DNA of 64,000 nucleotides from Candidatus Latescibacterota bacterium (GCA_963791045.1 CAWBQK010000006.1:32001-96000); one strand, 5' to 3'. Shown: positions 43,517 to 54,617, counted from the first letter of the stretch. A program made the numbers and translations. Notes: a model not told the origin generated them from the sequence alone.

Positions 43517-43751
43517 AGTTGCCTTCTAACTTCATGTGAAGTTGAAGATTTGAAAAAAGGTTGTTTTAATTATAGTAGAAACTCATTGATTTTTCTTACA
43601 TAAACAATGTACCTTTCCATTTTGCACGCCTGAAAAGATCCCTTAACGTGAGGATAACAAAGTTGTAGGTCGAAACCCACTCTGGAGATAGCGTTAATCT
43701 GGAAAATTGAGATAAGAATAAAAACGGATGAGTCCGCTTTTATTCAGAGAG

Positions 43752-43833
43752 TAGGGCGGGTGGGACTCGAACCCACATGGGTTGAACCGGGGGATTTCAA
43801 GTCCCCTGCGTCTGCCAATTCCGCCACCGCCCC
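43752..43833 (-). tRNA. tRNA with Leu-type body; anticodon reads UGA (Ser) as given
   Basis: GGGGCGG-TG-GCGGAATTGGCAGACGC-A-GGGGA-CTTGAAA-TCCCC-CGGTTCAACCCAT-GTGGG-TTCGAGT-CCCAC-CCGCCCT-A; full cloverleaf, CCA not encoded. Confidence 0.92.
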
Positions 43834-43896
43834 AAACTCTGCCCTTTATTGTACCCATCCTCTGATTTGGGTCAAGGTATATTCTATGGAGAGGGA

Positions 43897-44727
43897 TTAA
43901 AAAAGAGCGTTTGCCAACTGGGCGCGGTAGTCAATGACCAGGGGATGATCATTCTCAAATAACTCAAAAACCCCCAATATGATCTTTCTTGGCTGGCCAC
44001 TTCGATAGCCTTTATCTTTTTTTAGTATTTCAAGCATTCCATCCAGGGCTGCTTCTATATTCCCCACCTGGATCAAATGCAAGGATCGGTAATAATGAGG
44101 ATCAAGTGGGTTTTCAGATTGTTGGCCAGGTTCGAAATTATTCAACAGTTCTTCCACCAATGGCCTCAACCTTTCTGCGCTCTGATACTCGGTGCTGGTT
44201 GGGAAATGGTGGATAATTGTTAAAGCTTCCAGATATTCGCCCTGCCAGATCAAGCTTTTTGCGAGGAGTAACTTGGCGCCAGGATTACCCGGGTCATCCT
44301 CTAAGATCTCCAGACAGGTATCCTCCACTTCTTCGTAACGGCTGGATTCCAGATAACTTGCAGCTTTTTCAAGAAGCAAGTTTTCAGGGCCGGGAGCAAA
44401 GCTCCGGACAAAGTCGATCAGCTGTAAATTGGTTTGAAGGCCTTCCAGTTGGTGGGTGATCATTCCATTTTGGAAGGTCTTAAGTGTGGGGACGGTATGA
44501 ACCTGGTATCGCCCGGAGAGTTGAGGATTTTTATCCACATCCAGATTCGCCAGGCGAAACCGTCCGGGATTTTCCAATACTAGAGATTCTAGCTGGGCAT
44601 TGGTCCGTTTACAGGTATCATTCCATTTGGCCCAAAAGTTTACCAGTACCGGAATACGATCTGAGTAGACCAGTACCTCAACTTCGAAATCCAATTCGCT
44701 AACTGATATGATATCTGGCTCTTCCAT
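43897..44727 (-). CDS. Thioredoxin-like plus TPR co-chaperone (YbbN/CnoX family)
   Basis: PVLVNFWAKWNDTCK (degenerate CxxC), TPR helices, C-terminal YRAQLANALF. Confidence 0.85.
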   Translation of the reverse strand: MEEPDIISVSELDFEVEVLVYSDRIPVLVNFWAKWNDTCKRTNAQLESLVLENPGRFRLANLDVDKNPQLSGRYQVHTVPTLKTFQNGMITHQLEGLQTNLQLIDFVRSFAPGPENLLLEKAASYLESSRYEEVEDTCLEILEDDPGNPGAKLLLAKSLIWQGEYLEALTIIHHFPTSTEYQSAERLRPLVEELLNNFEPGQQSENPLDPHYYRSLHLIQVGNIEAALDGMLEILKKDKGYRSGQPRKIILGVFELFENDHPLVIDYRAQLANALF

Positions 44728-44735
44728 AGCTTTGC

Positions 44736-45155
44736 CTATTCATCTTCAGCGATCATTCCTGGCTGTTCAAGGTCAACAACTTCACCGTGATGGTCGATGA
44801 CTATTTTAAAGCCTGTCATCCCCATATATGCCCGACCATCTTCTGGCAGGCCTTGTTAAATCAATTGATCAAATTGGCGATCGATATTTTTCAATTGTTC
44901 GAGGAAAACTGCCCGGGAGAAGATGTCGTCCTGCCCGGTCATTTTTGCTGCTTGATCGCTGATGATTTCCTCGTGGCCTTCAATTCCGTTTTTCATCAAA
45001 TTTAACACCTGGCGGTCAACATCCGCGGAAGGTATGTGTCTTTTAAACCCATTGTCATCTACAACATAGCAAGGTTCTGGACCAATAAAAGTAGTTTCTA
45101 CCTGCTGGTCATCCTCGTCAAATACCAGCCCGGCAAATAGAGGTTCCGTGGGCAT
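44736..45155 (-). CDS. Hypothetical protein (frameshift near 44855)
   Basis: GGAG RBS; MPTEPLFAGLVFDE... continues in another frame as GLPEDGRAYMGMTGFKIVIDHHGEVVDLEQPGMIAEDE*. Confidence 0.7.
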
Positions 45156-45290
45156 AAATCAAATCACTCCAAATCTAATGACTAATCTTTACCCGCTAAT
45201 TGTATGATGCCTGGAGCATGTGAACAATAAGATATTTATAAAATCGTTTAATTTACCCTTGAGAGCTGGATTCACCCTGATCGAAGCAGG

Positions 45291-46309
45291 TTAATTGAAG
45301 ATATCGACGTGAGTACCTGAGACATTATATATAGATTGCTCATTATAGGGCACACTTGGCAGCGTCCAGCGGTAAAGCCACTTGGAAGCTTTGGATGGAA
45401 GGTTAATGCAACCATGACTGCGGGCTTTTCCAAAATCATTATGCCAGTATGTCCCGTGGAAAGCAATTCCGCTTTCGGTGATATATATGATCCAAGGAAC
45501 TCCTGGCAGGTCATAGCCATTATAGGCCAGGTTGCCGGCTGCCATATGCCGGGAAGGGCGCTTGTAATTTGTGATGTGATGGCCTGGTGGTGTGATGTAT
45601 TTGCCAGTGCTAAAATCTGCACCCGTAGCTGCCTTAACCATATAAACAGGATTATTGTATTCAAATGCGATCACAGTTTGGGTTTTTGTATGGACCTCGA
45701 TGCGTTTGAATATACTGGGTACATTGGGAGAGATTAGGCTCAGTTCGCTTTCAGGAATGACCCGCAAATGAGAAGCAGGGACGTAATAATCCAGGTCCCA
45801 TTTATCTTCCAGGATGTGATAATAAGGGATCCCGTCCGGTCCATTTACAAGACCCTTGATCCAGTGAGTGGTCTCGTAATAAAAGCGGTATGCTACGTGG
45901 TATCGTTCACCGGGGTTCCAAAGAGCATCTGTAAAAGGTACTGTGACTTCAGCCAATATTCCTGCGGCAGGAATATCATATAGGACAGGATTTGGGTCTG
46001 TGCGGACTGGTTGAATACCCCCTGAGTGGGCGTATCCTTCTGTTCCGACTTTATACCAGATCCTATTGTGTTCTGGTTCACCATACCCAAGCTCAATATT
46101 GCTGATTGGGAAGACTAAATCTTTCCAGTGGATCCGAATGCGCTCACTGTCAAATGTGGGCTTTCTATAGGTATAGATCCTCTCGTAAATCACTCTTCCC
46201 TGCTGGCCAGCGTAAATATTAAAGGCAGGGTTAATTGGCGGCCAACAAGACTGACAAGCCCTAATCCGCTCAGATTTAAAAAGTCCTTACGATTGAATTT
46301 TTGGCTCAT
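45291..46309 (-). CDS. L,D-transpeptidase (YkuD) with Tat-like signal peptide (frameshift near 46200-46240)
   Basis: AFHGTYWHNDFG...SHGCINL catalytic motif; upstream MSQKFNRKDFLNLSGLGL Tat-like leader from ATG 46309. Confidence 0.85.
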
Positions 46310-46311
46310 AA

Positions 46312-47307
46312 TTAATAATGGATATTAACCAGTGTTCCCACACTACCAAAGTTGAATGCCCATTCAGCGTCTTCATTTCTCATATTTACACAGCCATGAC
46401 TCATTGGATATCCGAAATTATTATGCCAATAAGTACCATGAATACCATACGAACCATAGAAGTACATTGTCCACTGAACGCCGGGGAGATAATATCCCGG
46501 GCCAGCCATTAAAGTTGAGGTGTATTTGACATAAACCCGAAAACGTCCGGTGACGGTTGGCGTCCCGGGGAGACCGGTGGAAACAATAAAGGTATTGATC
46601 AATTTGTCCCCATCATAGGCGTACATGCGCTGGGTGGTTAGGTTTATATCAAACCAGCGCTCATCCGGGTATACACCGGAAGGTAAAACCGATTTTATAA
46701 GAGAAGAATAGGTATTCGGAATAGGGGTAGGTTTTGGTGTTGGAGTGATTGTCGGTGTAGGTGTGTTTGTCGGTGTTGGTGTCGGCGTTGGTGTATTGGT
46801 CGGTGTGGGGGTGAAAGTAACCTTACGAACATTATCCTGGGCAGACAATGTCGTCTGGGCAGTAGCCTGGAAGTCGGGTAAGGCGAAGGAACCATCCGGA
46901 GTCCAGAGCCAGATCAACAAAACGCCGATCAGGATCACGGCAATTGTGGACAAGGAAAGAATGGCTGGCTTGTTAGATGTCAAAGCTTCCTTAGCAATAG
47001 AAATTGGAAGTTTGACGCGTTTAGGTTTTTGCCCGGGATTTGTTTTCCGGAAGCGTTGGATAGCCCAGTGCATGCCCTTTTTTGCTTGAATACTGGCAGG
47101 ATTGATTTTCAGCGCCCTTTTTAGATAAGAAATACTGGCTTCTGGTGAAGAAACAGAAGCGAGGTATAGCCAGGGTTCTTCAAAATCTGGAGCAAGTTGG
47201 ACTGCTTTTAAAGCCAGGCGCCGGGCCTGCTGAAGTTCGCCCCTGTTCAGGGCGTACTTGGCTTCGTTTAATGCTTCGAATGCTCCTTCCGGCAATTTTT
47301 GGGACAT
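46312..47307 (-). CDS. L,D-transpeptidase (YkuD) with N-terminal TPR, TM helix and Pro/Thr linker
   Basis: IHGTYWHNNFG...SHGCVNM; TPTPTNTP repeats; TPR-like N-terminus. Confidence 0.88.
   Translation of the reverse strand: MSQKLPEGAFEALNEAKYALNRGELQQARRLALKAVQLAPDFEEPWLYLASVSSPEASISYLKRALKINPASIQAKKGMHWAIQRFRKTNPGQKPKRVKLPISIAKEALTSNKPAILSLSTIAVILIGVLLIWLWTPDGSFALPDFQATAQTTLSAQDNVRKVTFTPTPTNTPTPTPTPTNTPTPTITPTPKPTPIPNTYSSLIKSVLPSGVYPDERWFDINLTTQRMYAYDGDKLINTFIVSTGLPGTPTVTGRFRVYVKYTSTLMAGPGYYLPGVQWTMYFYGSYGIHGTYWHNNFGYPMSHGCVNMRNEDAEWAFNFGSVGTLVNIHY
46718..46815 (-). repeat. Pro-Thr low-complexity coding repeat
   Basis: Degenerate ACACCG/ACACCA units encoding TPTPTNTPTPTPTPTNTPTPTITPTPKPTP. 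Confidence 0.8.
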
Positions 47308-47309
47308 AA

Positions 47310-48083
47310 TTATTCCAGTGAAATAACTTCTCTGTTCAAGAAACACATAATTCCCGCAGTAATGCCGCGGGCAACAAGCGCTGGATTTTGCGTCAGTAAT
47401 TCCCTGTCCTGGTTCATGTAGCCGGTTTCTATGATCACTGCAGGTGTATTGGGATCCACTTCTCCAAAGGCATGATAACTGGTCATATCATCGGTTATGC
47501 GGTAGTCATCATACCTAAGACCTGTGGCTTCGGCATAGCGGTTCTTTATACATGCCATCAAGCGGGCAGCCTGCTCAGGGCGTTTGTTATCTGCCGCTTC
47601 GGCAATTTTGAACCCGGTTCCCAGTTCTGGAATATATTCACATGTATCAGCATGGATCGAGATCAGGCCATTGCTCTTATATCCGTTCAAATTGGCATCA
47701 AATTCCTGCAGCATATCTACCTGGATCCCTTCGCTTTCCAGATATTGGCGGGTCAGGTCAGCTATAGTGTAATTGATATCCACTTCCTTATAACCACCCA
47801 GGCTTTCGGAGCAAACCGCACCTACATCATCTCCATGGCCCCAGTGACCGACGACCAATCCGACATGCAGATTTATCTGGGGAGTTGCCGCGTTGGCATT
47901 CTCCCCGCTACCATTCATAGATTGGAAGGGGGATGGACTTAACCCGATGCCCGTAGCGGGCAGTGCGGTAAATAATGTAGCGGAGAGGATGGCAGCCAAC
48001 AAAACGTTGAGTATACCTTTTGTGGTTTTACTCACCATATTACTGGCCGGCTGCATTCCATGAGGATTTATTTGTGATTTCAT
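47310..48083 (-). CDS. N-acetylmuramoyl-L-alanine amidase (Amidase_3)
   Basis: Zinc and catalytic motifs VGHWG, E (KEVDIN), ISIHAD, IIETGYM; N-terminal hydrophobic segment. Confidence 0.85.
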   Translation of the reverse strand: MKSQINPHGMQPASNMVSKTTKGILNVLLAAILSATLFTALPATGIGLSPSPFQSMNGSGENANAATPQINLHVGLVVGHWGHGDDVGAVCSESLGGYKEVDINYTIADLTRQYLESEGIQVDMLQEFDANLNGYKSNGLISIHADTCEYIPELGTGFKIAEAADNKRPEQAARLMACIKNRYAEATGLRYDDYRITDDMTSYHAFGEVDPNTPAVIIETGYMNQDRELLTQNPALVARGITAGIMCFLNREVISLE

Positions 48084-48300
48084 TCCGTTATAATACTGGT
48101 AAAAGGCATTCCGGAACCCAGTTTAATTTTACCTTACTTTTCGTATAGAAACAGTAAAATGCCGCTGCCAGGTAGCCCTTAGTTATTGGAATATGGGCTT
48201 AATATAGGACAAATCGATCATCTTTATCCAGTTTTGGTCGATTTTCTTACCCAGATATGCCAAATTCTTAAAATCAGTTATTTCTCATAGGTGCAAGAAT

Positions 48301-48876
48301 ATGACCAAAAAGCTCACTCCCCAGGAAGGTCAGATCCTTCTTCACACTGCCCGCCAGGCAATAGAAGGCCATCTAAAAGGAGAAGGTACTCCCCCCATCA
48401 AATTGGATGAATACCCTTCGCCTTTAGCACAGAAAGGGGCATGTTTTGTCACATTAACCATTGATGGGGCCTTGAGGGGTTGTATTGGGTCCATTGAAGC
48501 ATCCCAACCGTTGATCAAGGATGTCCAGGAAAGAGCAGTTGGGGCAGCTTTTAATGATCCAAGATTTCCTGAACTCAGGTTGGATGAGTATCCTGACTTG
48601 AATATTGAGGTTTCACGATTAACCCCACCGGAAAGTTTGCAGTATTCCTCGCCTGATGAACTTGTGAAAAAATTGCGACCAGGCATTGATGGAGTTATCC
48701 TCCGCGCTACCTTCAGAAGAGCTACATTTCTTCCTCAGGTTTGGGAAGGGCTGCCTGAGCCAGAACAATTCCTGGGGAGATTATGCGTGAAGATGGGAAT
48801 GGATCCAGCAGCTTGGAAGCATCAGCACCTGGATGTGGAAATTTATCAGGTTGAAAAGTTCATTGAACAGGATTAA
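48301..48876 (+). CDS. AMMECR1 domain protein (AmmeMemoRadiSam protein A)
   Basis: ACFVTL...LRGCIG...AAFNDPRF...ATFLPQVW...LCVKMG. Confidence 0.92.
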   Translation: MTKKLTPQEGQILLHTARQAIEGHLKGEGTPPIKLDEYPSPLAQKGACFVTLTIDGALRGCIGSIEASQPLIKDVQERAVGAAFNDPRFPELRLDEYPDLNIEVSRLTPPESLQYSSPDELVKKLRPGIDGVILRATFRRATFLPQVWEGLPEPEQFLGRLCVKMGMDPAAWKHQHLDVEIYQVEKFIEQD

Positions 48877-51194
48877 TTTAGATCGATCTGGAAGTTTGCT
48901 GATTCGGACAGCGAAATAGTGTCCTTGCCTGAGTGTGTGATAGTCGTTTGATGTTTTTCGCGTCTAATTTCATATCCTTTAAACTTTAGCGTAACAGGCC
49001 AGGGAAAAGGGTTTTCTCCTTCAATTCTCAGTTGGTTATCTTGAAGAAAACTTATACCGAGCACTTCGAGAAAGAATTTCACAGGGAAAAGTGATTCTAG
49101 GCTATTTTCTATGCCTTTCCCTGTGCCTGTTTTACTTCCATAACCCGGGAAAAACCCCCCTGATTGTCTAAGAACAGGAATGATTGCAGCCATCCAGCGA
49201 CCGATCAACTCTGCTGCTGTATGATGCCATCCAACACTTAGCAGCGAGTGCCCCAAGAGCAGATTCCAGAAAAGTTGCATCGTTGACTCTCCTAGAATCA
49301 GTGACAGGACTGAATCCAAAAGGGGAATAGTAACATTCTGGGTCAAGTAGTATCTGCTTAAAATATCACGGGTTTCATCCTCGGGCAGAACCCCGGCCCA
49401 GAGGGGAAGGAATTGGATAATATCCTTGCCAGAAGTGGTGGGGGCGATCAGGTTTATTTGGCCATTCGGGGCATTTGTGTTTAAAATACAGTAGTCTAGT
49501 TTTGAATATACAGTCTCGGATATTTCCCAATCAAATTCTCCTCCCCAGGTAAAATTTCCGGAGTTAAATTCCTCAATTCGGTACTTTCCTAACCGATCCA
49601 GTCCGTGACATATGATGCTGAATTCTTCTGAAGTATGGTCCGCACTCTGCCTGTGATGTAAGATCCCAATTCTGGAAGCTTGTGAAAAATCAGTCCTGAG
49701 GATATTTAATCCTGGATGCAAGTTATCGAAAATATCAAATCCCTTGACAACTTGATGGCTGTGACTGTCCCGGTTTTGAAATTCGTGATCTTTAATATTC
49801 CAGGACTCTTGCAAGAATTTGGAAAGTATTTTTTTTCTCTCTTGTGTTTGATGATCAGAATTATTCCCGAATATTTGAAGAAGATTTTCGATCCTGCAAA
49901 TATCATTGTAAATAATGGCACACAGTCCGGGCGATTCAAGATAAGGATAGGAGATAATTTGGTTTGCTGATGGTAGCTCAGCAGGAGTATCTGATCCACC
50001 GACATACAATATGCCAGGATGGTTTAACTCAGGGATACCATCAGCGTCCCTGTCCAGACCGGGTGAGAACCATTCTTCCAACCATTCAGTGGTTTTTTCA
50101 AGATAATTTGACCAGATATCCCCGGAAAAATTACAACGATGGATCTGCCACAACAGCTCTGCGGCTAATATGGGTGGACTGGAGTTATTATTGGAATTTC
50201 CCCTGCCGGGATTCGAATAACTACTTTGATTGAATACAAGATCAAGGATAGTACTTGCTGTTTCAGAAGTCTGGTTTTCGCGGGATTGTAGCAGCATCAG
50301 CGCCTGAATTGGAGAAATATTTATATCGTGGGGGCGATTGTGTTTTTCTTGAAAAGCAAGCTGATGATATCTCAAAATGCTTTGTTTTTGAGACATAGCC
50401 AGAACAAAATCCCAATCTGGATCTCCGGTGATGATCTCTAATTGGCTTTGATGGGTGACTTTTCGATGAGATATCTCGCCGGCCCAATCCAGTTGAATAA
50501 TATTTTCCAAACTTTCAAGAGCTGCTTTTTTGGAATTTGAACTTATGCATATCCAGCGCACATTTTCAGTACTGTTTGGCGTAAAAGTGAGTTTGGTTTG
50601 GAGAAAAGGGGATGGATCTTCCTTAAAGTATGTATTACCAGCTAAAAACAGGACCAGGTTGTGATTATTAATGTTCCCGGTCAGGATGGAGCGACCATTT
50701 ATTTTCTCGGATGTGATCAGATTTCCAGCTCCATCCATTTTCAGCATACAGACAATGTCTTGTAAAATATCCCTATTTTGATCCCTATGGTTGGTAATCC
50801 AGCTATCCCCACAGATCACACCCGGGTCTGGGGACCAGTAGATTGACTTAACTTCCAGATCTTCTAGAGGGTGGTGTTTGAATTCGATCCAATCCCAAGA
50901 GAAACACTCTAGATGAAGTGATGGATCGTAATCCGTGTTTTTGACCTGAGACCGGAATGGCTCATTGAAGCGAGGAAAAAACTGGAAGGTGATCCCCGGA
51001 TTCTCATTAATTAATTCAACCGCTGGATAAAAGGGGTTGGCTTTTGTTAGGGGCAAAATCCAGCCCTGATTTAGCTGCGAGCCTTTTGATGAGTAAAGGT
51101 CTCCGCATCCCAGGAGAAATTTCTCAGGTTGGGGATAATTCCAGTTGCTTGATCCCATATCACCTATTCTAAAGTCAGGCTGGAACCCAGTCAA
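48873..51194 (-). CDS. Hypothetical protein, divergent GH63/MGH1-like (alpha/alpha)6 glycosidase fold
   Basis: PPILAAELLWQI, WLEEWFS..LDRDADGIPE and FLPLWAG segments resemble GH63/trehalase-like enzymes. Confidence 0.55.
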   Translation of the reverse strand: MTGFQPDFRIGDMGSSNWNYPQPEKFLLGCGDLYSSKGSQLNQGWILPLTKANPFYPAVELINENPGITFQFFPRFNEPFRSQVKNTDYDPSLHLECFSWDWIEFKHHPLEDLEVKSIYWSPDPGVICGDSWITNHRDQNRDILQDIVCMLKMDGAGNLITSEKINGRSILTGNINNHNLVLFLAGNTYFKEDPSPFLQTKLTFTPNSTENVRWICISSNSKKAALESLENIIQLDWAGEISHRKVTHQSQLEIITGDPDWDFVLAMSQKQSILRYHQLAFQEKHNRPHDINISPIQALMLLQSRENQTSETASTILDLVFNQSSYSNPGRGNSNNNSSPPILAAELLWQIHRCNFSGDIWSNYLEKTTEWLEEWFSPGLDRDADGIPELNHPGILYVGGSDTPAELPSANQIISYPYLESPGLCAIIYNDICRIENLLQIFGNNSDHQTQERKKILSKFLQESWNIKDHEFQNRDSHSHQVVKGFDIFDNLHPGLNILRTDFSQASRIGILHHRQSADHTSEEFSIICHGLDRLGKYRIEEFNSGNFTWGGEFDWEISETVYSKLDYCILNTNAPNGQINLIAPTTSGKDIIQFLPLWAGVLPEDETRDILSRYYLTQNVTIPLLDSVLSLILGESTMQLFWNLLLGHSLLSVGWHHTAAELIGRWMAAIIPVLRQSGGFFPGYGSKTGTGKGIENSLESLFPVKFFLEVLGISFLQDNQLRIEGENPFPWPVTLKFKGYEIRREKHQTTITHSGKDTISLSESANFQIDLN

Positions 51195-51317
51195 TCACTG
51201 CTTCCATATCGATCTGATTTCTTATACTGGGTTAGGGGTTAGAATGCTTAATTTATGCTAGAATACCTCCAGAACGAGGAGCTTAGATTGCGGATAGTTT
51301 AGCGCTGTCCTAATATT

Positions 51318-54300
51318 ATGAATGATAAAGAAAACCCCCAGGATCCGAAGGATCGTTCAAAAAAACCGATAAATAGGTCTGAGATCCCTGGAAAACGTCC
51401 CAAACAGGATGTTTTTGACCTGTCTTCAGAAAATCTTCCAGAGAAGGATTCAGCTCTCGATGGGGATAGTGCCCTGGATAGAGCGATTGGCTCTGCAAGA
51501 AGAAGACCCGTAGCTTATCAGCGCACACAAGCCCACTTACCCGGTGAATTCCAATCTGAGAAAGATAAACAGGATGCAGCTTCAGAAAATCATTCTCCTC
51601 AAAAACGGTCACCATTGGATGACACACCGCCGCCTTCTTTAGGATCAACCCCCTTCACTCCTCCTCCGGCTTTAGATGAACGTGGGATGCCCTTACCGCG
51701 CAGGATGGATGAACCTCCTTCTCCTGGAAGGACATCTCCATCATCAGTAAACAGAACAATAACATCGACTATCCCTGTACAACCGCAGTCAAGACTAAAA
51801 AAGTGGTGGAAGGCCAATGGTCCTGGCAGTTTGTCTCGAGGGCAGAGTTGGGGATGTGTTATGCGTATGGTTGTGATCGGGTTGTTTGTCGGCATTATCT
51901 TGGCCATCATTGGTGGATCTCTTGCTGTTTTCTATTACAATCGGATCGCTTCTACCCTGCCTGAAGTACAAGATTTACGAGATCAGGCGGCCCAATTTGA
52001 AACTACCCGGATTCTGGATCGAGATGGCAATGTATTATATGAGCTCGTAGATCCCAATGCGGGTAAAAGAACCTATGTTCCCCTGGATCAGATTTCACCT
52101 TTCCTGGTCGCAGCAACGATTGCTACCGAAGATGCGAATTTCTACAGCCATCCCGGATATGATGTGATGGCAATCGCCAGATCTTTCTATTACAACCTGA
52201 TCAGTGACCAGATCGTATCGGGTGCTTCCACGATCACCCAGCAGCTGACAAAAATGCTGTTACTTGCCCCTGAAGAACAGGTCAGTCGAACATATACCCG
52301 GAAATTGAGAGAAGCAATCCTGGCTGCTGAGATTACCCGCCAATACAGCAAGGATGAGATCCTGGAGCTATATCTGAATGAAATCAATTTTGGCAATTTG
52401 GCTTATGGTGTTGAGGCGGCTGCCCAGACCTATTTCAATACCTCTGCGAAAAATTTACTCTTGGTCAAGCCTCTTTCCTGGCTGGATTTCCGCAGCTTCC
52501 TGCAGTTTATGATATTTACACCAATCGGGATGTGACCTTAGGGCGACAGGAGAGTGTATTGGTTTTGATGTATCAAACAAGTCTGGAGCAGGGCTGTATT
52601 CTATGTCAGCAACAACCAGCAGCCGATTTGTGTTGGGGCAGGGGAAGCCACCGCGCGGCGGAAGAGATCAAAAAATATGATTTCCAGGCCCTACCTGGAG
52701 ATTGATCCATCCCCACTGGGTCTATTACATTACTTCCATCCTGGAAAACACTTATGATCCGCAGACTATATATCGATCTGGCTTTACTGTATATACAACC
52801 CTAGATCCAGATTGCAGGATAATGCCCAGGAAGTTGTCAAAGAACAGGTGGGAATCCTCGAGGCAAAACATGTAACAAATGGAGCTTTGATTGCCATTCA
52901 GCCAAATACCGGTGAAATTTTGGCCATGGTTGGTTCAGCCGATTTTGAAAATAAGGATATTCAGGGTGAGATAAACATGTCTGTCAGCCCGCGCCAGCCG
53001 GGATCTTCAATTAAACCACTTACTTATGTGGCAGCTTTTGAAAAGGGTTGGACTCCCGCAACTTTGATCTGGGATGTACCTTCCGAATTTCCTCCTTCGG
53101 GAGACCCCAATGATCCCCGGGATCCCTATGAACCTGTCAATTATGATGAAAAGTTCCATGGTCCGGTTACTGTCCGATCTGCCCTGGCAAATTCCTATAA
53201 TGTTCCTGCCGTAAAAACTCTTGATTTTGTTGGAATTTATGATGATCCGGAAACAGAAAAAGAAGAGGGATTGATCCCCTTTGCCCAGCGCCTGGGGATT
53301 ACAACATTGAACAGGAATGATTATGGACTTGCTTTAACTCTGGGAGGGGGAGAGGTGACATTACTGGATCTAACAGGTGTTTATGCTACATTTGCGAATG
53401 GGGGCAGGCAGGTTCCACCAGTAGCTATCACCCGGATTGAGGATTTTCAAGGAAATCTGATCTACGAATATCAAACGCCAGCTGGAGAGCAGGTTATTCG
53501 TGCTGAACACGCCTTCCTGATATCGTCGATACTGTCGGATACAAATGCCCGAGTTCCCGGATTTGGTACCAGCCCGGTGATCAATTTGCCTTTCAGGGCA
53601 GCTGCCAAGACAGGAACTACAAATGATTTCAGGGATAATTGGACCTTGGGTTATACGCCTGATCTTGCTGTTGGCGTTTGGGTTGGAAATGCGGACTACA
53701 CCCCCATGCAAGATACAACAGGATTGACAGGAGCAGCGCCGATCTGGGCTGAAGTTATGCAGCAGGGTATCCAGCAATTGACAGGAGGAAATCCCTCTGG
53801 TTTTTCAAGGCCGGCTGGAATCATTGAACGTGTGATTTGTTCGGTCTCTGGAACTGAACCATCCAAGTATTGTCCAAGCCAGCGCAGTGAATATTTTGCT
53901 GCTGATCAACCACCACTGCCCAGCGATCAGGACCTGTGGGAAGAGGTAGTTGTAGATACCTGGACAAATAAATTATGGACATCGGAGTGCAGAGATTATC
54001 ATACTGAAAAACTGGGTATTCATGTGGATGACCCATGGGCGAGAAAATGGCTTAAGGATGATAAAAACGGCAAGGAATGGGCAAAAAGCATGGGGTTGAC
54101 GAAAAAACCCTATATCATTGATGAAACTAAATTATGCAGCGATTCTGATCCGAGACCATTACTGGAATTCGGCTCTCCAAGGAATGAGGATATTATCATT
54201 CTCAGCCCCCTGGATATTTTTGCCAGAGTGGATGCTACCAGTGGTTTTAAGAATGCCAGACTTGAGTATGGACCTGGTAATGATCCGGTTCAATGGAAAG

Positions 54301-54617
54301 TCCTTCAGGAAATCAATGAACCGGTTACATCCATTTCAGAGATACTGTCTTGGGATATCAGTGATTTTCCCAGCGGTTGGTTGACTTTGAGGTTGTATTT
54401 AGAGGGATCGAATGAGGTTTATGCTGAGAGGAGAATTCAGGTCAACATCCAGGTTCCATCACAAACGCCAACCCCAACATTCACTCCCTCACCGACTGAA
54501 ACCTTGACGCCAACGATCACACCAACTCCAATTCAGAGTGCTACACCTACACCCACTGAAACACCTACACCCACAGAGACACCTAACCCATCCCTCACGC
54601 CTATTCCACCGCCGTGA
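51318..54617 (+). CDS. Class A penicillin-binding protein (PBP1A family), frameshifted between about 52450 and 52812
   Basis: Transglycosylase motifs EDANFYSH, GASTITQQL, RKLRE, KDEILELYLN; transpeptidase motifs SSIK, SYN, KTGT; Pro/Thr tail. Confidence 0.93.

Noticed and set aside
37303-43833. Genomic island integrated at the tRNA 3' end
   Set aside because: No integrase or transposase, and I saw no duplicated tRNA 3' end near the fmt boundary.
54460-54612. ACACC-rich repeats (also 46718-46815) as CRISPR or VNTR
   Set aside because: They are degenerate codons for Pro/Thr linkers inside CDSs, with no constant repeat and unique spacer pattern.
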